From positions 1-24,379 of the IMG/VR virus record IMGVR_UViG_3300030329_001583: a stretch of DNA of 24,379 nucleotides. One strand, written 5' to 3'. The DNA comes from a virus. Taxonomy: Duplodnaviria > Caudoviricetes. Numbering within the stretch: the first letter of the stretch is position 1; the number at the start of each line of letters is the position of its first letter. Below are positions 1-9,905 of the stretch, piece after piece. The notes beneath the pieces were generated by a model, which was not told where the DNA came from, searched no databases, and was given only the letters and a program-made list of their open reading frames with translations. The translations under genes and the position numbers were made by a program.

Positions 1-1050
1 GCGCCCGTCGCACCATCGTTTTCGCAGGAGGAGTTGATGAGGGCCGCTACGTCGGGGGCTGCTACGCATCCTGCGGCGCAGGCTATTCAGCAGCCTGCGC
101 CTGTTCCGACGTTTACTGGTGCAGGCTTGGGTACCCCTGAAGATTTTCAAAACGTGCCTGCCAATATCGGGCCAGACGGTTTACCGACTGGCCCGACAGA
201 TGAGGAGATCCACAACTGGTTGGGTACGCCTGAGGCTCAAGAGTTTCTGGGGATCACCGACCCTGCGCCTGCGCCTGCGCCTGCGTGGGATCCTGCGAAC
301 AACGATGCGCCGATCACCGATCCGATTGGGATGTGGACTGATCCGACCAGTGGCGGTCAGATGCCTGACCCTGCCGACGCTGAAGCGTGGGAAACCATGC
401 AGCGTGTTGTCGATAGCGAGTTTGGTCCTGGTCAAAGCATTTACAACCCCGAGTACGACACTGAGCGTTTTCCGACGTATGACCCGAGCAACACGGTCGC
501 CCCGTTTGCGCCCTCTGGGTGGGGCGGCGGCTATGGCAGCTTTGGTGGCGGTCCTGGTGCGGGTTTGGGGACGTTCAATCCAAACACGGGCGAGTACCTT
601 CAGTTCGGGTTGGATCTGGCGCAGAACACCGCCGACTACGGCAAGGTCGGGGAGGGTCGAGCGTTTTGGAATCAGGCGCAAGACCGCAAGTGGGATGAGT
701 ACAACCGAGGCCTTCCTGGCCAGTTCAACAGCCGTGGGATGATTGATTCTGGCCTGTTGGGCCGCGCTCAGGGGTTGGCTGCGAGCGACAGGCAATTCGA
801 GACGGATGTGCGCCAATGGTCGGACAACGAGCGGCGCGCGGAGTTGGAGCGTCAACGCATGAATCTGTACGGCGGCTTCGAGGGCGGTTTGACGCAGGGT
901 TTGGTGGACAACTATTTGGCTGGGACACTGGTCATGGACGATCCGCTTACCGCCATAGATGAGGCTATGGGTTCTGGTGCGGGTGGTTATATGCGGTCGG
1001 GAATCATGGACCGCAAGATCCCGAAGTGGGGTTCTGGGGTGGGGCGCTAA
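1..1050 (+). CDS. Putative virion (internal/ejection) protein, probably 5'-truncated by the window
   Basis: The frame of ORF 34..1050 is open back to position 1 (APVAPSFSQEEL-MRAA). Pro/Gly-rich N-half, helical C-half. First of three coupled late genes; function inferred from position only. Confidence 0.6.
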   Translation, partial: APVAPSFSQEELMRAATSGAATHPAAQAIQQPAPVPTFTGAGLGTPEDFQNVPANIGPDGLPTGPTDEEIHNWLGTPEAQEFLGITDPAPAPAPAWDPANNDAPITDPIGMWTDPTSGGQMPDPADAEAWETMQRVVDSEFGPGQSIYNPEYDTERFPTYDPSNTVAPFAPSGWGGGYGSFGGGPGAGLGTFNPNTGEYLQFGLDLAQNTADYGKVGEGRAFWNQAQDRKWDEYNRGLPGQFNSRGMIDSGLLGRAQGLAASDRQFETDVRQWSDNERRAELERQRMNLYGGFEGGLTQGLVDNYLAGTLVMDDPLTAIDEAMGSGAGGYMRSGIMDRKIPKWGSGVGR

Positions 1051-2624
1051 TGGGTTGGCGAGACTGGGCTGGTTCAGCTTGGGACAATACGGGCGGCAAA
1101 GTTTGGGATGCTATTGGGCCTGTCGTCATGTACGGCCCCGACGACCAGTTCCCTGAGGACGCTCCGATAAACGAGTTCCTACAGGGCATTTCTGATGTGC
1201 CAGGGAACATCGCTGGCGGTTGGGCTGACGCTATGGCGAATCAGCCTGGGTGGGCGCAGGTGATAAACCCGTTGACTGCTGGCGGCTACGTGGCGGGGGA
1301 GTGGAATGAGTGGACAAGTTCACCCACCCCCGACTTCTCCCCGCAACAGACAGCCCTGATAGAGCAGGGGGGCCGCGACGGCGCGGATTGGGACAGAGGT
1401 GATCTGGACGAATCGGGCAGCCAGATCTTCCCCAACGAGATGTACCAGAACGAGTACGGCGTTACGCCGTACGAGACGTTCACGCAACCCGAGTTTGATC
1501 CGACAGGGGTATCGGCGCCATACGACACGTATCTCAGCATGCTGGAGGGTCTGTATACGACTCCCCAGACGGGCCGCATCCAAGAAATGCTTGAGTTGGG
1601 GCAGGGAGAGGCGCGTCGTCGGATGGAAACCGCCGACGCTTGGGCGGCAACTGAAGGCGCCCGTTTGGATGCTTCCGACGAGGCGTTGGACGCCACGTTG
1701 CTCGACATGCAAGACAAGTTTGGTGAACGGCTGACGACTATACGGGAGGGTGTGTCCGAGCGTCAGGCTGCGACGGCTGACCTGCGCGAAGGCCTTATCG
1801 AGGCGACGGCAGGCGAGTTGGGTGAGGCTGGTGCCGCTTTCCTGGTTTCGGCTACCCGTACGGGTGACGTTCTGGAGTCGCAGCGGTCCCGCAACGAACA
1901 GCACATAGCCGACATGGACGGCTTGTATTCGATGTGGTCGTTGGATCGTTCGATGCAGGCTGCTGGGATGAAGCGGAAGGCCCGTGAGGATCTCGCTGAC
2001 GACGTGTTGGCTATGAAGGAACTCGTTCACGAGTTCGATTACGGCATCCAGATGGCGAACCTTGAGCGTTTGCAGCAGGCCGAACAGTTTTCTCAGGGGC
2101 AGAACAGGCAGTTGGCGCAGACGTTGGCGCAGATCGGCCTACAGAGAGATCTTGCGGTCCAATCGGCGTCGAGCGAAGCCGACGACGACTGGGAGCGCGC
2201 TAACGCTTGGTTGTCGAATCCGACTACGGGCTGGGCGTTTGAGGGTATGACTCCTGAGCAGGTGATGGGGATGTCTGATGCTCAGATGGAGATGCTGTAC
2301 GCGGAGGCGATCAGGTCGGCGGATCAGATCGAGGTTGCTCCTGGCGTGTTTGTTGATGCTGAGACGGCTTGGTTGAATAGCCAGCAGACGGCGGACCCGA
2401 CCATAAACGTTGGGGGCGCCGCTTTGGATCTTCCCACGACGCCAACGGAAGTCCAAAACATGTCGCAGTTGATAGTGGATGCGCTGGCTAATCCCGACGT
2501 GGCAGCGGTCTTGGAGGGGGTTGGCACCGTTCAGGGGGGCTTGGGTACTTCCGAGGCGCCCGTTGTTATCAACACCGACAAGGGCGACCCGTGGTATACC
2601 CAGTGGAACTGGGGGCTGTGGTAA
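1050..2624 (+). CDS. Putative internal virion/ejection protein (524 aa, coiled-coil-rich)
   Basis: ATG at 1050 overlaps the upstream TAA (TAATG). Acidic protein with a long A/E/Q/L helical middle. Function inferred. Confidence 0.6.
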   Translation: MGWRDWAGSAWDNTGGKVWDAIGPVVMYGPDDQFPEDAPINEFLQGISDVPGNIAGGWADAMANQPGWAQVINPLTAGGYVAGEWNEWTSSPTPDFSPQQTALIEQGGRDGADWDRGDLDESGSQIFPNEMYQNEYGVTPYETFTQPEFDPTGVSAPYDTYLSMLEGLYTTPQTGRIQEMLELGQGEARRRMETADAWAATEGARLDASDEALDATLLDMQDKFGERLTTIREGVSERQAATADLREGLIEATAGELGEAGAAFLVSATRTGDVLESQRSRNEQHIADMDGLYSMWSLDRSMQAAGMKRKAREDLADDVLAMKELVHEFDYGIQMANLERLQQAEQFSQGQNRQLAQTLAQIGLQRDLAVQSASSEADDDWERANAWLSNPTTGWAFEGMTPEQVMGMSDAQMEMLYAEAIRSADQIEVAPGVFVDAETAWLNSQQTADPTINVGGAALDLPTTPTEVQNMSQLIVDALANPDVAAVLEGVGTVQGGLGTSEAPVVINTDKGDPWYTQWNWGLW

Positions 2625-2627
2625 CAA

Positions 2628-5600
2628 ATGGTTGCCATCCCCCGTTCAACAATGGCACGGGCACTAAGCGCCCCAAGACCGAGACGATTCTCAACGCCCG
2701 CCCCTAGCGGGTGGATGGCGTCTGCCGCCAACCAAGTGGGTCAACAGCAGTTCGATCTGCTGGAAGCCAATCGTGAGCCTGAGAAGCCGTGGTGGCAGAA
2801 AGCCCTGTCCCCTGTCTTGGAGGGGCCGATTGGCGCGGGTTTGAATCTGCTTGACACTGGGCGCCGCGCAGCGGTGTCCACCTTGAAGGAAACCATCGAC
2901 CTTGTGCAGGGCGAGGGTTTCTCTGGCACCGACTGGGGCAACCAGATCGCTTCCCATTACGGGTTTGGCGACATTCTCCGTGACGAGAATGTCGATCTGG
3001 GCAAATGGGGCAACCGTATAGTCGGTTTCATAGGCGATGTGGCGCTGGATCCGATCACCTATTTGACGTTCGGTTCGGGTGCTTTGGCGAAGCAGGGTTG
3101 GCGTCAGGTGGCCGACGAGCTGGCTGGTGCGGCGAATGGGGCGAAGACGGCTGCGGAGCGGGCGGCGTTCAATGCGGCGCGGCAGCGTGTGGCTCGTACG
3201 GGGTCGAAGATGGCTGCGGGTCCGAGCGCGTTGCGTGGCATCGGCTATGAGGTCGGGTTGGGCTTCTCGATGCCTGGTACGGGCATGTTCGGGCGTCTTG
3301 TCGGCATGGACAAGGCTTTGGATGCGATCACTGGCGGGGCCGTGTCGGCGCGCCGTGCAGCAGAGTGGGCGCCTGCGTTTCAGGCGGCTGGCGCCAAGTA
3401 CGGGTTGGATGCCGCCCAGTCAACGAAGTTGTTTGAGCGGGCTGTCCGTTTGGGCCGTGACGATGCGCGCAAACTGTTTGAGGAAGAAGCGCGCGTGTTG
3501 GCGGGGAAGCGTCCAGGTTTCGCAGACGAGGGGTTTGCCGTGGGCGCAGCGGGCGACGCTGTGCCGACGGGAGAAGCGGCTCGTTCATTCATTGAGGAGA
3601 CTGCCGACGAGCTGTTGGGGGTTTCAACGAGGGCGCAGAAGTCTCGAACGGAGTTGTTCTGGCGTAACGGTCAGGCGTCGTTGGATGCTCCGAACTGGGA
3701 GCGGTATGTGGCTGTCCCTGGGATGCGTCAGACGGTTGGTGTCGGACGGCAGGTTGCCCGTGGCGCCGAGGAGTTGACGGACACGGGGCTGGGTGTCGTT
3801 ATCCGCACGGTTACGTCGGCTCCTGGCCGTGGCGTGCAGAGGGCGTTGCAGTCCAATGTTGCTAAGAACCTGTCGTCAAAGTTGTCTAGGGATGACTTGT
3901 TGCGGACATGGTTGCAGTCGGACAACCCTGTGAAGTATTGGGCAGGGCGGATGGTTGAGACGGGCGAATCCATCGGGTTCGCCAACGCTGGCAAGTATTC
4001 CAACATGGTTGATTCGTTGCAGGCGCAGATGCTCGACATGGCCCACAAGGGCGGCTTCGACATATCCGAGACTGGCCTTGGCCCTGTTCAGAAGTTGATT
4101 CCTGGGATGGTGGAGACGGAGGCTATGGCGATGCGCCGTGAGGCGTCTCGCATCTTGCAGGATGCGATGGATGAGCCTTGGGAATACGTTGATGAGGCTG
4201 GCAACGTCATACCCAATGATGTCAGCAGGCATTTGGACGAGTTCAAAGATTGGGTGATAGCCCACGGCGATGGGACGGTCACAGCGCAGCAACTCCACCA
4301 GGAGTTGCGTAGGTTCTGGGACGACATCAGCACGGGTTGGGAAGAAATCGCCAAGCGGTCGATACGTCAAGAGTTGAAGCCCAACGAGGTTTATCTCACG
4401 CGCCGCGTCTCAGCGGAAGCCCGCAAGGTGTACACGGACCCCAAGTACACGAAAGCACACGAGGCGGGGGAGCGCCTAGCCGACGAGGGCGCAGAGGCGG
4501 GGAAGGGCAAGCCGAAGCGCGACCAGTCGTATGCGACGAAGGAACGGGTCTTCGCGCCAGGGGAGAAGTTCACTTGGAACCGCAAGGGTGGCCCGAAGCG
4601 TGCTTCGTTTGAGATCGTTGAACCTGGCAGGCCGTTGCAGATCGGTACACGCCAGTTGGCTCACGCCCCGTCGGTTCGTAAGCAGATCGAAATGTTTGTC
4701 CGCGAGGTGGACCCCGAGTGGGCTGCGAACAACACGTTCTTTGAGACGGATGTTGCGAAACTGATCGACGGGTACAAGTCGGCTCAGGGCCGTGAACTGA
4801 TTTGGGCTGGGATGGAGGACCATCTGGCAGCGCAGGGGATCTTCGTTGAGGCCGCAACCTTGGACGAGGTGAAGGCTTTCTTCAACGACTTGACGAAAGC
4901 GGCGTCAAAGGCCCGCAAAGCCCAGAAGAACATGGGTGAAGCGGCTGGGAGGAAGTACGACTCAGCGCGCCGAGCAGCAGCCAGAGCGCACAATTACGAG
5001 CAGCGGGCTACGGCGGCTGATGCGGCCAGGGTGAAGGCCACGGAAGACATGTGGGGGTTGGATCCGCAGATCAGGAAGATCCAAATGTCGATGATGGATC
5101 TGATCGAAGACGTGAACGCTTCCACGATTCGTGCTTCTCGAACGGGGCGGTTCCGTACCGCCCCTGAGGCACAAACGGCGATGGAAGATCTGCTTGATAT
5201 GGCTGTCGGCTTGGAAGTGACGGGCCGTATGGCTAAGGCTTTGAGGTCGATCAGCGAAACCTTGGGTGGCGTGGACGATCTGGGCTTCACCCCTGCTCTG
5301 GACGAGGCGTACGCCCACATCACGCAGCAGTTGGCGATTGCCCGTGACACGTTGGAGGTGGCAAAGAACGCTGCCGCCCGTTTGGGCGGTCAGGACCAGA
5401 CGATCAGAGACTTGGAGTCTTTGATCAGCGGGTTGGAAAAGGGGTTTGTTTCGGAGGGAACTCCCAGTGTCATACGGGATTACGTCGATCAGGTGCATGA
5501 GGTCGGCAGGTTGGCTGCCGAACTGGAGGCGCCGATCACGTTCAACAGCGGGTACAGGATCCCTGTGTCCCAAGCAGACATAGCGAACCGTCCTTGGGCG

Positions 5601-7676
5601 GTGACGGCGAGAAACAGGCTGTTGAGGGAGAACGAGGCGGAAGTCCGACGCCTTGTTCGAGAAGAAAAGCGGACGCTGGGGCCAGGGCGGAAACTGCAAC
5701 CTGACGCTACGGATGCGCTGGAGGACATCGCTGACACGTTCGAGCGGGGCGCCGAACGTATACCGCTGTTAGAGGTGGAGGCGAGGCGTCGAACCCTCCT
5801 GTGGGTGCAGGAGGAGTTCGACAAGCAGACCGTTGATCTCAGCAACAGGGCGCAACGCCACATGGGGACGTATGTGAACGACCCTGTGAAGAACAATTAC
5901 AACAGGTTCGCTGCCGAGGCGTTGGATCTTGACGCGCAACGGAACGCGATGGAAGCAAACTTCCATCGCATGCCTGACGAGTTGGGTGAGATTCTTGAAA
6001 CGGATTTGGGTGTCTTCCAAGACGCTGACAACATGTTCGGTCGGTTGCTTGATCCGACGGGGACACGACCGAGAAGGATGACGCCTGGTGGGGAGTTTGA
6101 GTCAGGGTTTGAAACCAACGTAGCGGAAGCGTTGAGGGCGGGTCTTGACGATGGGGCTTTGCCGTTCGGCCCCGCCTACATGAAGGGCACGCTGGGTGAT
6201 CCTGAACTCAATAGACAGTTGGGGGATTTGCTGCGTTCACGTATGAACGCTGGGCGTGGCGAGATTGGCGAACTGCTTCAAGCTTGGGATTCGGTCACTG
6301 GCTACTTCAAGGCTCAGGCGGTGGCGCGCCCCGCGTTCATCCAACGCAACGGGTTGGGCGCCTTGTTCAACAACATGTTGGCAGGCATGGACTTGAAGAA
6401 CGCTGCACGGTTTATGGCGTTGCGTGGTCGTGCCATCAAGGCGGGGTGGGAGGACGCGTTGAAGGAGGTCGGGTTGACCCCCGAGCAAGTCCGCAACGTG
6501 GAAGGTTCCAAACAGTTCATGCGGACACGCCCCGTGGCATTGAAGCGGCGAGCCGCCGAACTGGGGGCAGAAAAGTTGGCCGCTCAGGGCGACGGGGCGA
6601 TGCGTGATCTTCGCAGGGTGTACCGTTCGGGCGCTATCGGTGCGGGTCAGGCTGCTTCTGAGGTGGCGCAGTCGTTCCGACTGCATGGTGCCACGACCGT
6701 TGACAGGTACGGGCGCCCCATCAGGTGGAACCCGTTGCGTCGCGACAACGTGTGGAACACGGCGGTTCGTAACGGCAACTCTGAGATGGAGGAGTTTGTT
6801 CGTGGGTCGTTGGCGTTGGACAGCATCGTCAACGGTATGAGCGACGCTGAAGCGATCTTCCGCGTCAACCAGTTCCACTTCAACTACTCGAAGGAAGGGA
6901 TGACCGACTGGGAACGCAACCTTGGCGCCAGGGCGTACCCGTTCTATACGTGGACACGGAACTCGTTGCCTTTGATGGCGACACAGTTGCTGTATAACCC
7001 GAAGCCGTTCGTCAGATACCTCCAGTTGAAGAACAACATCGAACTGGGGGTGCAGGAAGATCGTACGACGCCAGCGTGGTACGGGAAGCGATGGGGTATC
7101 GACCTGTCGGGCCTGATGGGCAACCCGAACCAGGGTGCCCGCACTTGGGCGTTCCCTGACCTGCCGTTCATGGATCTCATCGAGTTTGCCGACATGCCGC
7201 TCCAAGACATGGAGCGCCCCTTCGGCGGCTTGACCCGTCTCGCTGAGGGGTTGGCCCCTCAGATCAAGTTCCCTGTTGAGACGGTGATGGGCGCCCAGAT
7301 ATTCAGGAACATCCCGATCTCAACGGAGTATGTGAAGCCTCCTCCGATGTTCGACATCCCAGGGTTGTTGCCGTTCTTGTCTAAGATGCCTGGTGACATG
7401 GTGGCAAAGAACAGTCGAGGCAAGTACGGGATACGTGAGAATGTCCTGTACGGATTGGGCACGTTCGTGCCGTACCTGTCTCAGGCGAGGCGTCTGATCC
7501 CCCGTGAGGATCGTTACAAGGATGACGACAAACTGTTTTCAGCGTGGCTGAGTTGGGCGATGCCCATTGGCATCCGTAGGCAGGGGCCACGGGATACGCG
7601 GGGTGCGCGGATGCAGCGTGATCGGGAGCGGTCGATGTCTAGGTCGGAGATACGGTCGTTGGAGCGGATCAGGTGA
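2628..7676 (+). CDS. Large (1682 aa) putative internal virion/DNA-ejection protein
   Basis: Single long ORF, Ala/Gly/Arg-rich and helical. C-terminal 'FNYS..MTDWER...YPFYTWTRN' segment resembles large podovirus-type virion proteins as I recall them. Lies directly before the lysis genes. Confidence 0.65.
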   Translation: MVAIPRSTMARALSAPRPRRFSTPAPSGWMASAANQVGQQQFDLLEANREPEKPWWQKALSPVLEGPIGAGLNLLDTGRRAAVSTLKETIDLVQGEGFSGTDWGNQIASHYGFGDILRDENVDLGKWGNRIVGFIGDVALDPITYLTFGSGALAKQGWRQVADELAGAANGAKTAAERAAFNAARQRVARTGSKMAAGPSALRGIGYEVGLGFSMPGTGMFGRLVGMDKALDAITGGAVSARRAAEWAPAFQAAGAKYGLDAAQSTKLFERAVRLGRDDARKLFEEEARVLAGKRPGFADEGFAVGAAGDAVPTGEAARSFIEETADELLGVSTRAQKSRTELFWRNGQASLDAPNWERYVAVPGMRQTVGVGRQVARGAEELTDTGLGVVIRTVTSAPGRGVQRALQSNVAKNLSSKLSRDDLLRTWLQSDNPVKYWAGRMVETGESIGFANAGKYSNMVDSLQAQMLDMAHKGGFDISETGLGPVQKLIPGMVETEAMAMRREASRILQDAMDEPWEYVDEAGNVIPNDVSRHLDEFKDWVIAHGDGTVTAQQLHQELRRFWDDISTGWEEIAKRSIRQELKPNEVYLTRRVSAEARKVYTDPKYTKAHEAGERLADEGAEAGKGKPKRDQSYATKERVFAPGEKFTWNRKGGPKRASFEIVEPGRPLQIGTRQLAHAPSVRKQIEMFVREVDPEWAANNTFFETDVAKLIDGYKSAQGRELIWAGMEDHLAAQGIFVEAATLDEVKAFFNDLTKAASKARKAQKNMGEAAGRKYDSARRAAARAHNYEQRATAADAARVKATEDMWGLDPQIRKIQMSMMDLIEDVNASTIRASRTGRFRTAPEAQTAMEDLLDMAVGLEVTGRMAKALRSISETLGGVDDLGFTPALDEAYAHITQQLAIARDTLEVAKNAAARLGGQDQTIRDLESLISGLEKGFVSEGTPSVIRDYVDQVHEVGRLAAELEAPITFNSGYRIPVSQADIANRPWAVTARNRLLRENEAEVRRLVREEKRTLGPGRKLQPDATDALEDIADTFERGAERIPLLEVEARRRTLLWVQEEFDKQTVDLSNRAQRHMGTYVNDPVKNNYNRFAAEALDLDAQRNAMEANFHRMPDELGEILETDLGVFQDADNMFGRLLDPTGTRPRRMTPGGEFESGFETNVAEALRAGLDDGALPFGPAYMKGTLGDPELNRQLGDLLRSRMNAGRGEIGELLQAWDSVTGYFKAQAVARPAFIQRNGLGALFNNMLAGMDLKNAARFMALRGRAIKAGWEDALKEVGLTPEQVRNVEGSKQFMRTRPVALKRRAAELGAEKLAAQGDGAMRDLRRVYRSGAIGAGQAASEVAQSFRLHGATTVDRYGRPIRWNPLRRDNVWNTAVRNGNSEMEEFVRGSLALDSIVNGMSDAEAIFRVNQFHFNYSKEGMTDWERNLGARAYPFYTWTRNSLPLMATQLLYNPKPFVRYLQLKNNIELGVQEDRTTPAWYGKRWGIDLSGLMGNPNQGARTWAFPDLPFMDLIEFADMPLQDMERPFGGLTRLAEGLAPQIKFPVETVMGAQIFRNIPISTEYVKPPPMFDIPGLLPFLSKMPGDMVAKNSRGKYGIRENVLYGLGTFVPYLSQARRLIPREDRYKDDDKLFSAWLSWAMPIGIRRQGPRDTRGARMQRDRERSMSRSEIRSLERIR

Positions 7677-8446
7677 GGGCCGCTTACGTTTCCCGTGCAG
7701 ACTGGGGCGCCACCACACCCACCAAGGACTGGACGTGGCTCAACCCGAAACGTGTCCAAGGCATCGTCATCCACCACAGCGGCGTGGTAGGTGGCCCCAC
7801 GGGGGCCGCCGCCGTGCAAGCCTTCGAGCGTCACCACATGCGGGTGCGACGCTGGTCGTCCATCGCATACAACTGGCTGGTGGACGTGGACGGCACCATC
7901 TACGAGGGGCGCCGCAACGGCGCCGTGGGTGGTGCGACGAAGAACTGGAACTTCAAGACGGAAGCCGTCTCGTACATCGGGGACGGTAACCAGCCGTTGA
8001 GTTTGGAAGCCCAAGAGGGCTTCCGCACCATCATCGACGGGCTGCAACATACGTATGGTGGCGGGCTGTGGATCAAGGGCCACCGTGATTTGGCTTCCAC
8101 GAGCTGCCCTGGCGACTGGCTGTACGACTGGGTGATGTCGGGGGCGGCGCATGAGCCGCCTCCTGGCGCGCATGTCCCGCATGTTGATTGGGACGGCGTG
8201 GTCGCCTATTTGAGGTCGCTGGGCGGCGGGTTGGATGCTGCCCCGTTGAAGCGCAGGATGCGTGGCGACAAGGTTCGTATGGTGCAGGCGATTCTTCCAC
8301 GTTGGAAGTGCGATCCTGGTCCTGCGGATGGGATCTTTGGTTGGCGGACGAAGGCTGCGGTGCGGTTGTTTCAACGGCAGCGAGGCTTTTTGAAGCCGAA
8401 CGGTGAAGTGAACAAGGCGACGTGGGACGCCTTGTTCTTTATGTAG
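7673..8446 (+). CDS. Endolysin: N-acetylmuramoyl-L-alanine amidase (Amidase_2/PGRP-like) with C-terminal peptidoglycan-binding domain
   Basis: Amidase motifs IVIHHS, WSSIAYNWLVDVDGTIYEGR, GHRD...CPG. C-terminal 'ADGIFGWRTKAAVRLFQ...NGEVNKATWDAL' is the PG_binding_1 pattern. GTGA overlap with the upstream gene. Confidence 0.93.
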   Translation: MRAAYVSRADWGATTPTKDWTWLNPKRVQGIVIHHSGVVGGPTGAAAVQAFERHHMRVRRWSSIAYNWLVDVDGTIYEGRRNGAVGGATKNWNFKTEAVSYIGDGNQPLSLEAQEGFRTIIDGLQHTYGGGLWIKGHRDLASTSCPGDWLYDWVMSGAAHEPPPGAHVPHVDWDGVVAYLRSLGGGLDAAPLKRRMRGDKVRMVQAILPRWKCDPGPADGIFGWRTKAAVRLFQRQRGFLKPNGEVNKATWDALFFM

Positions 8447-8459
8447 GAGGTGCATTTCG

Positions 8460-8645
8460 ATGCCCAAGGGTAAGGGATACGAGACGTTCGAGGCCACGTT
8501 CGGCAGCCAGGATGAGCAGCCGTACGACTCTTCGTCGTCGTTCAACATGTGGGACGTGTCGCAGCAGGCGAAGAAGGCTGCTGCGTATCTTCGTTCCACG
8601 AAGCTCGGCAACGCCAACAGCGGCGGACGCCCGTTCGGGAAGTAG
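8460..8645 (+). CDS. Small hypothetical protein (61 aa)
   Basis: Strong RBS AGGAGGT upstream of ATG; basic C-terminus. Confidence 0.75.
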   Translation: MPKGKGYETFEATFGSQDEQPYDSSSSFNMWDVSQQAKKAAAYLRSTKLGNANSGGRPFGK

Positions 8646-8651
8646 GACACT

Positions 8652-8783
8652 ATGAGGGATGGTTCAACGCCGCGCCTGGTGAAGGCAGACAAGGTACTTG
8701 TCACTACGGTGAAGACTGGCGGCGGTATCGGTTCTGTCGGCTCGCCGTCTAAGAGCGGCGCTCGTAAAGCCCTGCGTGACTGA
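8652..8783 (+). CDS. Small basic hypothetical protein (43 aa, MRDGSTPRLVKADK...)
   Basis: Translated by hand; AGGA upstream; tiles between neighbours, TGATG coupling downstream. Confidence 0.6.
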   Translation: MRDGSTPRLVKADKVLVTTVKTGGGIGSVGSPSKSGARKALRD

Positions 8784-8821
8784 TGCCTGGGAAGAAGAAG
8801 CCTCGACGCCCACGGTACTGA
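8783..8821 (+). CDS. Putative 12-aa basic micro-peptide MPGKKKPRRPRY
   Basis: TGATG coupling at the start; ends 1 nt before the next ATG, filling the gap exactly. Confidence 0.4.
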   Translation: MPGKKKPRRPRY

Positions 8822-8822
8822 C

Positions 8823-8960
8823 ATGCCGTTGAAGCGCGGCGCTTCTCAGAACGCCATCAACACGAACATTGGGCGCCTCATCAACGAGGGGTACCCGCGT
8901 GATCAGGCGGTCGCTATCGCCCATGATCACGCTAAGCGATCTAAGAAGGGGAAGAAATGA
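8823..8960 (+). CDS. Small basic phage protein (45 aa, MPLKRGASQNAINTNIGRLINEGYPRDQAVAIAHDHAKRSKKGKK)
   Basis: Translated by hand. Matches a widespread small phage protein pattern 'MPLKxGxS...NI..L..EG....QAVAIA' from recall. ATGA overlap with the holin. Confidence 0.75.
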   Translation: MPLKRGASQNAINTNIGRLINEGYPRDQAVAIAHDHAKRSKKGKK

Positions 8961-9151
8961 CTGCTTTGAGTTCAGGTAGTTGGTCCGACAAGATTGAGCG
9001 GCTCGTCGCTACTGCGGTGCAGGCGTTCTTGTCTGTGTTTATTCTCTGCGACGTAGCCACCGTTGAGGCGGCTACGGTTGCTGCTGGTGCTGCGGCGTTG
9101 GCTTTGGTGAAGTCTTGGGCAAAGGAAGTGCTCGACAAGCGCGCTGTCTGA
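8957..9151 (+). CDS. Putative holin (r1t-like)
   Basis: 64 aa, two hydrophobic segments, 'ERLVATAVQAFL...AAALALVKS' typical of actinophage r1t-like holins; near the endolysin. Confidence 0.75.
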   Translation: MTALSSGSWSDKIERLVATAVQAFLSVFILCDVATVEAATVAAGAAALALVKSWAKEVLDKRAV

Positions 9152-9456
9152 TGGCTGACGAATGGGAGACGTTTCTAGCCGAGCACGGCGACGACATCAC
9201 GTCTTCTGTTCACGAAAGCATGATGCGCGAGGCGCATCTGTTCGACATCGAGGACGGCACTCACGCTGGGTGGTGTGGCGACAAGCTTGGGGTTCTCATC
9301 GTCTTGACGGAGGAGGAGGCCGAGGGGTTGGTGTCGGAGGATTGGCGCGCCCAGCACGGGTTCATTGTGCATCCCGTGTTCAAAGAATTCTTCGGCAGGC
9401 TGATTCAGGACATGACGTTGCGGGCGTTGGACGCCCGCCCCGACCCTGAGATCTAG
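9151..9456 (+). CDS. Acidic hypothetical protein (MADEWETFL..., 101 aa)
   Basis: TGATG coupling to the holin; its stop overlaps the convergent gene's stop at CTAG 9453-9456. Confidence 0.7.
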   Translation: MADEWETFLAEHGDDITSSVHESMMREAHLFDIEDGTHAGWCGDKLGVLIVLTEEEAEGLVSEDWRAQHGFIVHPVFKEFFGRLIQDMTLRALDARPDPEI

Positions 9457-9902
9457 CCGAGATGGTATTTGTCCGCTAACGACGGCATCAGGCGTTTCAG
9501 GATTGCCCCGAGGAGTTCAGGTACTTCGTCTCGTTTGCGGGCCACCGTTGTCTTCGGTATGCCTGTGTACCGTTCGACTTCACGCAACGACATGTTTCCT
9601 CCCCACAACGCTTCGGTCACGATGCGATGCGTTTCGGGTAGTTCCTGTAGTGCCTGCTCCACTACTTGCCTTAGTTCCTCGTTCGGTATGACTCTTCGGC
9701 AAATGGAGCGTCGCTGCGGTTCGTGCGTGTAATACAGGTCCGTTGTCGGTATCGGTTCGTGCCCAGGCGGGGCTTCCATCAACCCCTGGAGTTCAGTCAG
9801 CGGACGTGTCGAATCTCCTAGGGGGAGCACGCTTCGGTACTGGTCTTCTCGGGTGCCGTCGAGAACCCAACCCGTCGGGTCCACGCTCACTACTTTCGAC
9901 AT
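9453..9902 (-). CDS. Sigma-70 region-4-like HTH protein (putative transcription regulator)
   Basis: 'ALQELPETHRIV...MSLREVERYTGIPKTTVARK' is a sigma region 4 HTH pattern; no recognisable region 2. Confidence 0.75.
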   Translation of the reverse strand: MSKVVSVDPTGWVLDGTREDQYRSVLPLGDSTRPLTELQGLMEAPPGHEPIPTTDLYYTHEPQRRSICRRVIPNEELRQVVEQALQELPETHRIVTEALWGGNMSLREVERYTGIPKTTVARKRDEVPELLGAILKRLMPSLADKYHLG

Positions 9903-9905
9903 GCA

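Noticed and set aside
262-285. (CCTGCG)x4 tandem repeat
   Set aside because: Simply encodes a PAPAPAPA linker in frame.
2628-7676. Tape measure protein call for the 1682-aa ORF
   Set aside because: No obvious tape-measure periodicity, no frameshifting chaperone pair upstream and no tail-tip genes downstream; not fully excluded.
7514-8824. 436-aa minus-strand ORF, and similar long antisense ORFs (6237..7205, 22183..23166, 22895..23722, 16647..17504)
   Set aside because: Shadow frames opposite well-supported genes in GC-rich DNA; no recognisable motifs.
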